DNA of 32,000 nt. It comes from Candidatus Electronema halotolerans. Lineage in GTDB: Bacteria > Desulfobacterota > Desulfobulbia > Desulfobulbales > Desulfobulbaceae. The first letter of the stretch is position 1. Every line of letters begins with the position of its first letter. This document shows positions 1 to 8,367 of the stretch, one piece after another. The stretch is from assembly GCA_942493095.1 (NCBI GenBank), contig OW818675.1:2190001-2222000 (forward strand). The letters run 5' to 3'. The notes under the pieces are model-generated. The model worked only from the letters and a program-made list of their open reading frames with translations, was not told the DNA's origin and searched no databases. The position numbers and the translations under genes are program-made.

Positions 1-378
1 AGCTTCCGGCACGGATGTGTCCGCATCATCCTCCATGCTGAAGAAGTCATCCAAGCCCTCATCTTCCGCTTCAGGCAGGGCCGCCGCTTCAGCATCCGGC
101 TCTGGAGCTTCCTCATCGCCGAAGAGACTTTCAGCTCCAAGCATGTCGTCAGCATCGTCCAAACTCAAACTGGCCGCGTCCTCAGCTTCAGCTTCCGGCA
201 CGGAAGTGTCCGCATCATCCTCCATGCTGAAGAAGTCATCCAAGCCCTCATCTTCCGCTTCAGGCAGGGCCGCCGCTTCAGCATCCGGTTCTGGAGCTTC
301 CTCCTCGCCGAAGAGACTTTCAGCCCCCAGCATGTCGTCAGCATCGTCCAGACTCAGACTGGCCGCTTCCTCTGCTTC
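1..378. repeat. Two tandem 189-nt (63-codon) units inside the acidic-protein gene
   Basis: Positions 1-189 and 190-378 align without gaps and differ at 9 positions by my count (about 95% identity). Diverged copies continue to about 1000. More copies may lie left of the window edge. Confidence 0.9.
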
Positions 379-3129
379 AGCTTGTTTTGTCTCTGGAGCT
401 TCCTCATCATCAAAAAGGCTGTCAGCAGTCAGTTCTTCAACATCGTCCAGACTCAAGCTGGCTATTTCGCCAGCATCCGACGGCTCTGCTGGCGTCTCTT
501 CTGCTCCGAAGAGACTTTCAGTTCCAAGCATGTCGGCATCGTCCAAATGCAGAGCGGTGGTTTCTTCAGCTTCTGGTGCGGACGTATCTGTGTCCTCATC
601 CATGCTGAAGAAACTGTCAGCACTCAGTTCTTCCGCATCGTCGAAACCAAGACTGGCTGATTCCTCTTCAGCGTCTGGCGCGGCTGCGTCTAACTCTTCA
701 TCCATGCTGAAAAAGTCATCCATGCCATCATCCTCTGCATCAGACAAAGTTGCCACTTCCGGCTCTGGAGTTTCTTCTGCTCCGAAGAGTTTGTCAGCTT
801 CCAGCATGTCAACATCATCCAAGCTCAGGCTGGCTGACTCCTCTTCAATTTCCGGCGGCTCTGTCTCTGCTGGGGCATCTTCTTCTCCAAAGACAAGACT
901 TTCAGCTTCCAGCATGTCAGCATCGTCCAAGCTCAAGCTGGCCGCTTCCTCAGCTTCAGGTTCAGTTGCGGATGTGTCGGCATTTTCATTCACCATTCCA
1001 GCCGCCGGTTCCGACTCTGAAGTTTTCTCATCGTCAAAAAGACGTTCAGCTCCAAACATGTCGTCATCAAGGTTGAAGAAAGAATCCAACTCGTCATCTT
1101 CTTCCTCAGACTGGGCAGCCGCCTTTTTTTCCAGCTGCGACCCTTCCTCAGCCTTGACCGCAGGCGCGTCATCATCAAAACTGAGAAGGGAGTCCATGCC
1201 GTCATCCTCTGCATCAGACAAAGCTGCGACAGGCTCCTCTGTCAGAGGGCTTTCCTCCGCCTCAGTTTTCAAGGCGGCAGCAGGCTCATTGTCGTCATCA
1301 AAATTGAAGAAAGAGTCTAATTCGTCATCGCTGTCGTCATCTTCATCATCCTCTCCAACCAAGGCGGCAACCGGCTGCGCTGGCACCGACTTCTCTGTCA
1401 AGGGACTGTCTTCCGTCTCTGTTTTCAAGGCGGCAGCAGGCTCATCGTCGTCATCAAAGTTGAAGAAGGAGTCTAATTCTAATTCATCATCCTCGTCGTC
1501 ATCTTCATCATCTTCTCCGGCCAAGGCGGCAACCGGCTGCGCTGGCACCGACTTCTCTGTCAAGGAACTGTTTTCCGTCTCAGCTTTCAAGGCGGCAGCA
1601 GGCTCATCGTCGTCATCAAAGTTGAAGAAGGAGTCTAATTCTAATTCAGAATCGTCATCATCTGAAGTCTCCGCAAGAGACATCGCAGGTTCGGCTGGCT
1701 CTGTTTCCAGATTTGCGCTCTTTTCTGTTTTATGCTGCGGACTCTCTACTGTCTGAGCTGCTCCGCCTGTATCTTCATCATCAAAATTAAAAAAGGAATC
1801 CAGTTTCTCATCAAATTCCGCCGCCCGCTCTTCCGTGATATCGCTTTCCAGTTTGGCAGCAAAGCCTCCTTCCTCATCCTCATCCGCCAAAGCCGGTGTC
1901 ACCCCTCCGTCACTGCTGAAAAGAGCTTCTCCCGGCCATTCATCATCGTCATCCTCATCCGCCGCAGGACGCAGCGAGGCGGCGGCTTGTGCAGGAGCCG
2001 CCTTTTCTGCAGGCGGAGCTTGTTTTGCAACAGCGTCCTCAGCAAAAAGATCATCTGCGGAACTGTCGTCCTCGTCATCAAACAGGTCCTCAATATCCAT
2101 CTCATCATCGGCAGCCGCGCTCGTCTCCTCCTGAGCAGCCGGTGCCTTTCCGGCGGCAGGAGCAGGCTCCTGTTCCGCTGAAGGCGCAACCTCCTCCTCT
2201 TCGGCCTCTGCGGCAGCGGCGGAACCTGCGGATTTGGCAATGACATCTTTCAAACTGTTGAGGCTGCCGATCTGCTCCACCAATATCTGCCGCCGCTGTT
2301 CCGCCGCCAAATTGGGACTGTCCAGCAGCATTTTCAGCGCATCATAAAAGGAATGGAGAATGGTGAAGGAATCTGGATGGGCATTGCTGGTCTGCTCGCG
2401 GATATAGGCTCCCAAGGCTTGCAGCCCCTGCACTAAGACCTGCGCCTCGGTGTTGCCGCTCAGATGCTGGCGCAGCGCAGATGCCTGCTGGTGGAATTGC
2501 TCCAAGCCCTCATCCGTGACATCCCACTCCAGACCAAGAATAGTGGCCTCCATGCTGCGGAGCGGCTCTGGAATATTGCTCTTCTCCTCTTCAGGAGCCG
2601 ACTTCTCAGGCGCAGGGGCAACGACAAGCTCCTCCTGCTCTTCCGCAACAGCCTCAGAAGGAGGCTCCTTGGCGGCCTTGGCCTTCCGCAGCGCGCTGAT
2701 TTGATACTGGAGGACCTTGAACTTGCGGATGTCGGCCTTGAGCATGGCCGTGATGTTCTCGCCGCTGATGTTGGGTGAGGAAATTATTTTTTCATAGTTG
2801 TAATAGAGCGTGAGCAGCAGCTTGATGGCATTGGGGTGAGCGTAGGCGCCTTCCGCCCGCAGATACTGCCCCACATTGTCCATGCCTTGGAGGTAAATCT
2901 GCGCGACCTTGTCCTCTTTCCAGAGGGCTTTCAGGTTGGCCAACTCTTCACTCAACTCAGTCAGGATATCATCGGTGATGTCCCAGTCCAGCGAGAGAAC
3001 GATTGATTTGAGTCTGAGCAGCGGCGAATCATCATCCTCTGCAAATTCAAACAAATCAACCTCTTCTGTATCAAACGACTCGTCTGCAAACTGGGTGAGA
3101 TCTTCAAACTCGTTGATTGAAGGGGCCAT
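1..3129 (-). CDS. Large hyper-acidic tandem-repeat protein; N-terminal 1043 codons, ORF still open at the window edge (partial)
   Basis: Absent from the supplied ORF track because it has no stop in the window. I read plus-strand frame 1 (positions 1,4,7...) from 1 to 3129 and found no TTA/CTA/TCA triplet, so there is no minus-strand stop. The ATG is the complement of cat at 3127-3129, 57 nt after the mglA-like stop. Translation starts MAPSINEFEDLTQFADESFD. It has two homologous helical modules (..LSLDWDITDD.., ..LGLEWDVTDE..) followed by D/E-rich repeats (LDSFFNFDDDDEPAAALK.., ASLSLDDADDMLGAESLFGEEE..). The 579-aa Ser-rich plus ORF at 17..1756 is its mirror image. Confidence 0.8.
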   Translation of the reverse strand, partial: MAPSINEFEDLTQFADESFDTEEVDLFEFAEDDDSPLLRLKSIVLSLDWDITDDILTELSEELANLKALWKEDKVAQIYLQGMDNVGQYLRAEGAYAHPNAIKLLLTLYYNYEKIISSPNISGENITAMLKADIRKFKVLQYQISALRKAKAAKEPPSEAVAEEQEELVVAPAPEKSAPEEEKSNIPEPLRSMEATILGLEWDVTDEGLEQFHQQASALRQHLSGNTEAQVLVQGLQALGAYIREQTSNAHPDSFTILHSFYDALKMLLDSPNLAAEQRRQILVEQIGSLNSLKDVIAKSAGSAAAAEAEEEEVAPSAEQEPAPAAGKAPAAQEETSAAADDEMDIEDLFDDEDDSSADDLFAEDAVAKQAPPAEKAAPAQAAASLRPAADEDDDDEWPGEALFSSDGGVTPALADEDEEGGFAAKLESDITEERAAEFDEKLDSFFNFDDEDTGGAAQTVESPQHKTEKSANLETEPAEPAMSLAETSDDDDSELELDSFFNFDDDDEPAAALKAETENSSLTEKSVPAQPVAALAGEDDEDDDEDDELELDSFFNFDDDDEPAAALKTETEDSPLTEKSVPAQPVAALVGEDDEDDDSDDELDSFFNFDDDNEPAAALKTEAEESPLTEEPVAALSDAEDDGMDSLLSFDDDAPAVKAEEGSQLEKKAAAQSEEEDDELDSFFNLDDDMFGAERLFDDEKTSESEPAAGMVNENADTSATEPEAEEAASLSLDDADMLEAESLVFGEEDAPAETEPPEIEEESASLSLDDVDMLEADKLFGAEETPEPEVATLSDAEDDGMDDFFSMDEELDAAAPDAEEESASLGFDDAEELSADSFFSMDEDTDTSAPEAEETTALHLDDADMLGTESLFGAEETPAEPSDAGEIASLSLDDVEELTADSLFDDEEAPETKQAEAEEAASLSLDDADDMLGAESLFGEEEAPEPDAEAAALPEAEDEGLDDFFSMEDDADTSVPEAEAEDAASLSLDDADDMLGAESLFGDEEAPEPDAEAAALPEAEDEGLDDFFSMEDDADTSVPEA
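1262..1650. repeat. Second in-gene tandem repeat family (periods 156 and 162 nt; two full copies plus one partial)
   Basis: The string caaggcggcagcagg recurs at 1270, 1426 and 1588. Long near-identical flanks encode ELELDSFFNFDDDDEPAAALK.ETE.S.LTEKSVPAQPVAAL.GEDDEDDD. Confidence 0.85.
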
Positions 3130-3185
3130 AATCTTGTCCGGTCTCGTCAGCGGCGCGGCATCAGTTCAAATGGGGCTGGTTCCTG

Positions 3186-3791
3186 TCAGAGCAGCTTCTT
3201 CTGCACCGACACCACGGTCAGAGAAATTATTTTTTTCAGAGTTTCAGGCACATTATGTCCGGTCAGCGCACTGGCCTCAAAATAGGGAACCTTGAGCTTG
3301 CTGTTCAGGTCCTGCTCCAGCACCGAAGTGGGCAGAATAGGGATGCCCTGATCGCGCAGGTCAACCTTGTTGTACTGCATGACCAAGGGGATTCTGAAGA
3401 TTGACTCCTTGTATTCCTTGAGGTTTTCGTGGAGCTGATTCAGGGAGCGGATGTTCTTCTCCCGCATGGCCTCCTGCGCGTCCGCGACAAAGACAAGGCC
3501 GTCAACCCCTTTCAGGACCAGCTTGCGGGTGGCGTTGTACTTCACTTGGCCAGGCACGGTGTAGAGCTGAATTTTCAGCTCATAGCCTTTGATCTTGCCC
3601 ATGTCAAAGGGCAGGAAGTCGAAGAACAGAGTCCGGTCGCCGTGCGTTTTCAGACTGACCATCTCAGACTGAATCTGCTTGCTGAATTTCCGGTTGATGT
3701 ACTCAAGGTTTGAGGTCTTGCCGCCCCGGCCAGGCCCGTAGTAAACAACTTTTACTTGAACAATTTTTTCGCGCAGATTTATGAAACTCAA
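3186..3791 (-). CDS. mglA: MglA-family Ras-like small GTPase
   Basis: The 201-aa ORF begins MSFINLREKIVQVKVVYYGPGRGGKT (P-loop). It has TLFFDFLP (switch I region), LYTVPGQ (the MglA-type G3 with Thr in place of the Ras Asp) and QYNKVDL (G4). It is collinear with my recollection of M. xanthus MglA, including the MSFIN N-terminus. TTG start with a GGAGAC RBS about 5 nt upstream. Confidence 0.85.
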   Translation of the reverse strand: MSFINLREKIVQVKVVYYGPGRGGKTSNLEYINRKFSKQIQSEMVSLKTHGDRTLFFDFLPFDMGKIKGYELKIQLYTVPGQVKYNATRKLVLKGVDGLVFVADAQEAMREKNIRSLNQLHENLKEYKESIFRIPLVMQYNKVDLRDQGIPILPTSVLEQDLNSKLKVPYFEASALTGHNVPETLKKIISLTVVSVQKKLL

Positions 3792-3848
3792 GGCAGTCTC
3801 CTGCTGAATGGATTGATGCTGTTGACAGCAGATGAAAAAAAGCCCCCG

Positions 3849-4247
3849 TCACTTGCTTCCCCAGAGCTTGCGGATCTGCTCCAAGGCCTTGACCACGTTC
3901 AGCCGCAGAAAACCAAGCGAGATATGCTTGCCGAACATAGTGATGAGCAGCAGCTCCTCATCCACTTTGGAAAAATGGATGTTGCAGTCCGTGCCCTTAT
4001 GAAAGAGCAGGGAGAACTCCTGCTCGCCCACGAGCTTGGCCATTGCGTCAACCGTGGCGAAGTTGCCGGCTGCCAGAGCGGCGAAGGAATAGACATCATA
4101 CTTGGTGGCACCGTTGTCCTTGGCAGTGATGATGTTGCCTGCCATGTCAATGATGATGACACAGTCAACCCCGATCTTTATGAGCTGCTCGGATAAAATT
4201 TCATCAATTTTTTCAAGCTGCTCCTGACTGACTACACCGTAGTTCAT
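3849..4247 (-). CDS. mglB: Roadblock/LC7-domain protein, MglB-like (GAP partner of MglA)
   Basis: 132 aa. The pattern ..VIIIDMAGNIITAKDNG...SFAALAAGNFATVDAMAKLVGEQEF..LFHKG matches the MglB/Roadblock fold pattern. It lies immediately upstream of the mglA-like gene on the same strand, as in mglBA operons. GAGGA RBS before the ATG at 4247. Confidence 0.75.
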   Translation of the reverse strand: MNYGVVSQEQLEKIDEILSEQLIKIGVDCVIIIDMAGNIITAKDNGATKYDVYSFAALAAGNFATVDAMAKLVGEQEFSLLFHKGTDCNIHFSKVDEELLLITMFGKHISLGFLRLNVVKALEQIRKLWGSK

Positions 4248-4494
4248 CTGGTATCCTCATTCACTTTGCTGTGGTTGTCCGGCAGCGGCCCGCCGGTAGG
4301 TCTCATTTTTTTGACTATACGCCAAATCATCTGGCATATGAAGCTATTTTTGTAATATGTTCACCTGTTTTTTTTACCTGCGCGGTCCTTGGCGAAAAAA
4401 AAACAAGCTGGCAGTGCTGCGGCAAAGCACCAGCAGAAAAGAGAGGTCCCTGCTGAATTTTCGCGGCTGCATTCGATTTTGTCAAGCATATCTC

Positions 4495-4525
4495 CTCCCC
4501 GGCGGTGCTGCCCGCCGCCGGGGAG
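4495..4525 (-). terminator. GC-rich hairpin just downstream of the lptE stop
   Basis: ctccccggcgg (4495-4505) pairs perfectly with ccgccggggag (4515-4525), giving an 11-bp stem and a 9-nt loop. The T-run (ttttg) is on the plus-strand side only, so its function for the minus-strand operon is uncertain. Confidence 0.4.
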
Positions 4526-4536
4526 TTTTGCTGCTC

Positions 4537-5070
4537 TCAGCCCTGTTTTCTCGACATTTTGCGGATTCTGGAAATGGTGCCGAGATAAATTTTTTCGGCA
4601 ACATCATCAAGAATCTGCTCAATGGCCTCATCCTCGTTGCCCGCATTCTGCACGACCGTGTTGTAATCTTCGGTCCAGACCTCGTTCGGGGCCTCCCAGA
4701 CGATTTCGCCGGTCTTCAGGTCTTTGAGCACGTAACGAAGGACCAATTCAACTTTGACATCCGTGGTCCGAGCCGAGCTGTCCCAGCCAATGCCGGGCAG
4801 ATGGATGGAGACGATTTCGCCGGCCAGAATCATGTCTGCGCTTTCCTTTTCCTTGGTCAGACTGAGCTTGTCTGATTTCAGGAACCATGAGGACAGGGCT
4901 TTGTACATGGAGCTGTCAATGCCGAGCCGGTCAGTGCGGTTTTTCCATGTCGGCATGTAGATGGACACTTCCGGTCCGTCATAGACATTGGGAAAATAAT
5001 AGCCGCCGCAGCTGGCCAGCAGCAGGGAGAGGCAGAGGACAAGCAGCAGTTTTGCAGATGGTCTGTTCAC
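4537..5070 (-). CDS. lptE: LPS-assembly lipoprotein LptE (RlpB-like)
   Basis: 177 aa with a lipoprotein signal peptide and lipobox (LLLASC). It sits directly downstream of leuS, a synteny conserved in Gram-negative bacteria. Confidence 0.65.
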   Translation of the reverse strand: MNRPSAKLLLVLCLSLLLASCGGYYFPNVYDGPEVSIYMPTWKNRTDRLGIDSSMYKALSSWFLKSDKLSLTKEKESADMILAGEIVSIHLPGIGWDSSARTTDVKVELVLRYVLKDLKTGEIVWEAPNEVWTEDYNTVVQNAGNEDEAIEQILDDVAEKIYLGTISRIRKMSRKQG

Positions 5071-5094
5071 AGTCAGCTCCTTAGATTAGTCATA

Positions 5095-7599
5095 TCACCT
5101 GATGACAATATTAACAAGTTTGCCCTTGACCACAATGATTTTCTGAACCGTCCTGCCTGCCGTGAAGCTGCTCACCCGCTCATCAGCCAAGGCCAAGGTC
5201 TTGATCTCCTCCTCGCCGGTCTCGACCGGAACCTGAAGCCGGGAGCGCAACTTGCCGTTGACTTGAACGATAATGGTCAGCTCATCTTCCTCTGCTGCCG
5301 ATGGATCGAATTCCGGCCAGCTCTGCGTCCGCAAAGGCTGACTGTGGCCGGTGCCTTGCCATAATTCCTCACAGAAATGCGGCATCATCGGGAAGAGCAG
5401 GAGCAGCACGGTTTCCAGAGCTTCCCGCAAAACCGCAGGAGCAGCAGGCTCGGCAGCATCTTCGCCTGCAACCGCGCTGACCTGATTGACCAGCTCCATC
5501 ACCCCGGAAATGGCGGTGTTGAAATGAAAGTTAGTTTCAATGCTGTCTGTAACCCGGCGGATGGTTTGGTGGGTTTTGCGGTGGAGCTGGCGGTCAGCCG
5601 GGGCAAGCTGATCAAGGTCGATTCTGTCTTCATGTTCCTCAAAGCAGGCCAAGTTGCCCTGAATCAGCCGGAAAACCCGGTTGAGGAAACGGAAACAGCC
5701 TTCCACGCCCTGCGGATTCCATTCCAAATCACGCTCCGGCGGGGCGGCAAAGAGGGCGAAGAGCCGCACCGTGTCTGCGCCGTACTGCTGAATCAAATCG
5801 TTCGGGTCAACCACATTGCCTTTGGATTTTGACATCTTGGCCCCGTCCTTGATCACCATGCCCTGAGTGAGCAGGTTGCTGAACGGCTCGTCAATGCTCA
5901 GATAACCAAGATCACGCAGCAGTTTGGTGAAAAAACGAGAATAGAGCAGATGGAGAATCGCGTGTTCCACCCCGCCGATGTACTGATCAACCGACAGCCA
6001 GTATGTGCCTGCCTCGTGGTCGATCAGACCGGTCTCGGAGCGCGGGCTGATATAGCGGGCAAAATACCACGATGACTCCATAAAGGTGTCCATCGTGTCG
6101 GTCTCGCGCTTGGCAGGCTGGCCGCATTTGGGGCAGGTGGTTGTATAAAAATCCTCCTGCTGATGGAGCGGGGCCGAGCTGCCGTAAGGCGGCTCAGTGC
6201 CGGGCAGCACCACCGGGAGCTGTTCTGCTGGAACCGGAACTGCGCCGCAGCTCTCGCAGTGAATGACCGGAATCGGCGCGCCCCAATAACGCTGGCGGGA
6301 GATGCCCCAGTCACGCAGCCGCCACGTAGTATGCGCCTTACCAAAGCCCTGCTGTTCCGCCTCGGCAATGATGGCCTGTTTCGCCTCTGCCGCAGGCAGG
6401 CCGGAGAACGTGCCTGAATCCGCAAGCACCCCGTCGCCTTCCCAAGCCGCCTCCATGCTGCCGCCGTCGAGCCGCTCTTCCGGCTGCACCACTGGGCGCA
6501 CTGGCAGGCCGTATTTGCGGGCAAACTCAAAGTCGCGCTGATCATGAGCAGGCACAGCCATGACCGCGCCAGTGCCGTATTCCATCAGGACAAAGTTGGC
6601 CACATAAATCGGCACCCGCTCGCCAGTGAAGGGATTAAGGCAGTATGCGCCCGTGAAAATGCCGTGCTTTTCCGGCTCCTGATCCAAGGCCATGCGCTGC
6701 TTTTCCAGCAAGGTCTGCTCAATGAAGCCGCGCACTGCCGCCTCCTGCTCCGTGCCTGCGATCAACGAGTCAATCAGCGGATGCTCTGGGGCCAAGGACA
6801 TGAAGGTCACGCCGAAAATCGTGTCAGGCCGGGTGGTGAAGATGGTGATCTTCCCGTCCCGGCCTTCGAGCGGAAAATCGCAGGCCAGACCTTGGCTTTT
6901 GCCGATCCAGTTGCGCTGCATGGTCACGACTTTTTCCGGCCAGCCGCCCAGCTTGTCCAAATCAGCCAGCAATTCCTCCGCATAGTCGGTGATCTTGAGG
7001 AACCAGCCGTGCATGTTTTTCGGCACCACTTGGCTGTCGCAGCGCCAGCAGCAGCCATTGATCACCTGCTCGCGGGCCAGAACCGTGGCGCAGCTCTCGC
7101 ACCAGTTGACCGTAGTTTTCTTGCGATAAACCAGCCCTTTTTCCAGAAGCTGGAGAAAGACGCGCTGCTCCCAGCGGTAGTATTCCGGGCGGCAGGTGGC
7201 GATTTCCCGATCCCAATCATAGCTCAGGCCCATTGCCTTGAGCTGGCCGCGCATGTAGGCAATATTGCTGTAGGTCCACTCAGCCGGATGGACACCGTGC
7301 TTGAGGGCGGCGTTTTCCGCAGGCAGGCCAAAGGCATCCCAGCCCATCGGATGAAGGACGTTGAAGCCGCGCATCCGTTTGTAGCGGGCGATCACGTCAC
7401 CGATGGAGTAATTGCGGACATGCCCTATATGAATGCGGCCCGATGGATAGGGGAACATCTCCAAAACATAATATTTGGGCCGCTGCGGGTCCGCGCTGAC
7501 CTTGTCCGGCTTTTCCTCCTGCCAGAGCCGCTGCCATTTGGCTTCAATCTGTCTGAAATCGTATTTAAGATCCTGCCTGCTGGTGTCCATAATCGTCAT
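5095..7599 (-). CDS. leuS: Leucine--tRNA ligase
   Basis: 834 aa. Class I aaRS motifs are present: HIGH-type (PYPSGRIHIGHVRNY) and KMSKS (GAKMSKSKGNVV). The CP1 editing region and overall length are typical of bacterial LeuRS. The alternative ATG at 7590 (MDTS..) is also possible. Confidence 0.95.
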   Translation of the reverse strand: MTIMDTSRQDLKYDFRQIEAKWQRLWQEEKPDKVSADPQRPKYYVLEMFPYPSGRIHIGHVRNYSIGDVIARYKRMRGFNVLHPMGWDAFGLPAENAALKHGVHPAEWTYSNIAYMRGQLKAMGLSYDWDREIATCRPEYYRWEQRVFLQLLEKGLVYRKKTTVNWCESCATVLAREQVINGCCWRCDSQVVPKNMHGWFLKITDYAEELLADLDKLGGWPEKVVTMQRNWIGKSQGLACDFPLEGRDGKITIFTTRPDTIFGVTFMSLAPEHPLIDSLIAGTEQEAAVRGFIEQTLLEKQRMALDQEPEKHGIFTGAYCLNPFTGERVPIYVANFVLMEYGTGAVMAVPAHDQRDFEFARKYGLPVRPVVQPEERLDGGSMEAAWEGDGVLADSGTFSGLPAAEAKQAIIAEAEQQGFGKAHTTWRLRDWGISRQRYWGAPIPVIHCESCGAVPVPAEQLPVVLPGTEPPYGSSAPLHQQEDFYTTTCPKCGQPAKRETDTMDTFMESSWYFARYISPRSETGLIDHEAGTYWLSVDQYIGGVEHAILHLLYSRFFTKLLRDLGYLSIDEPFSNLLTQGMVIKDGAKMSKSKGNVVDPNDLIQQYGADTVRLFALFAAPPERDLEWNPQGVEGCFRFLNRVFRLIQGNLACFEEHEDRIDLDQLAPADRQLHRKTHQTIRRVTDSIETNFHFNTAISGVMELVNQVSAVAGEDAAEPAAPAVLREALETVLLLLFPMMPHFCEELWQGTGHSQPLRTQSWPEFDPSAAEEDELTIIVQVNGKLRSRLQVPVETGEEEIKTLALADERVSSFTAGRTVQKIIVVKGKLVNIVIR

Positions 7600-7702
7600 T
7601 CTGCCTGAAAGGAATTTTTTTGTTGACCGGAGTCAGCATGCAATTGCCGCGTTTTTTCCGCCATCCATCCAGCTCGCGGCAAGTGCAACTAAATGTTACT
7701 GC

Positions 7703-7793
7703 AACGAAAACGGTGAGTTGTGGCAGTATGGCGGCTCAATTATCACGACCTGACAAGAAAAGCGGAGATGGAAAACTGCCAAACAACTCACCG
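7703..7793 (-). terminator. Long hairpin followed by a U-run between tsaE and leuS
   Basis: cggtgagttgtggcagt (7711-7727) pairs with actgccaaacaactcaccg (7775-7793), giving 17 bp with a 2-nt bulge and a 47-nt loop. On the minus strand the hairpin is followed by TTTTCG (complement of 7705-7710). It lies 62 nt after the tsaE stop. Confidence 0.4.
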
Positions 7794-7854
7794 CAGCAGA
7801 ACGTAACCAGATTTGCGCTTTGAAGCAAGCAGGATTTGCGCCATCGGTCATAGT

Positions 7855-8367
7855 TCAAACCACAGACGTGCTGTCAACGTAACCTTGCTGGAGCAACAGC
7901 TGCCTAATCCGTGTTGTCCATTCTCTCCCCTGCGGCTCCAGCACACACCGCCGCCCTGTTTCTCCGGCTGCCGCCAAGGTGATGTCCAGCCGCTGGGCCG
8001 GGCAGATGCTGCCGAGCCGGTCCGGCCATTCAATCACGGTCAGGCCGCTGCTGCCGATATAATCAAGCAGCCCGGCCCCTTCCACATCCTCCTCGCCAGC
8101 CAAGCGGTAGCAGTCAAGATGAAACAGGGGCAGGCGGCCCTTGTATTCATGAAGCAGGGCAAAGGAGGGGCTGCTGACATATTGCTCCGGCGGCACTTCC
8201 AGCCCGGCGGCAATGGCTTGGGTCAGGGTGGTCTTGCCGACCCCAAGCCCGCCGTGCAGCAGGATCACGTCCTTGGGCCGAGCCAGCCTGCCGAGCTGAC
8301 GGCCCAGAGTGGCTGTGGCTGCCAAATCAGGCAGCAGCAGCTCTGTTGCCATTATTTGGCCCACCAT
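7855..8367 (-). CDS. tsaE: tRNA threonylcarbamoyladenosine (t6A) biosynthesis ATPase TsaE
   Basis: About 165-170 aa with Walker A LHGGLGVGKTTLTQAIA and the YjeE-type ..SPSFALLHEY.....LFHLDCYRL motif. The alternative start at 8352 (MATELL) overlaps the upstream stop as TAATG. Confidence 0.85.
   Translation of the reverse strand: MVGQIMATELLLPDLAATATLGRQLGRLARPKDVILLHGGLGVGKTTLTQAIAAGLEVPPEQYVSSPSFALLHEYKGRLPLFHLDCYRLAGEEDVEGAGLLDYIGSSGLTVIEWPDRLGSICPAQRLDITLAAAGETGRRCVLEPQGREWTTRIRQLLLQQGYVDSTSVV

Noticed and set aside
17-1756. 579-aa Ser/Ala/Lys-rich plus-strand ORF (plus the other plus ORFs up to 3295)
   Set aside because: It is a mirror-frame artefact of the minus-strand acidic gene, because GAx/GAy-rich codons read backwards as TCx Ser codons. 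The minus frame is open for the whole 3129 nt, has a proper start 57 nt after mglA, and has a structured N-terminus.
6544-7608. 354-aa plus-strand ORF and other ORFs inside 5095-7599
   Set aside because: They are antisense shadows of leuS, whose identity is unambiguous (HIGH/KMSKS motifs).
7600-7854. Possible T-box or tRNA gene upstream of leuS
   Set aside because: T-boxes are not expected in this Gram-negative context. I found no T-loop (GGTTCGAATCC-like) or specifier/terminator-antiterminator arrangement, only the hairpins already reported.
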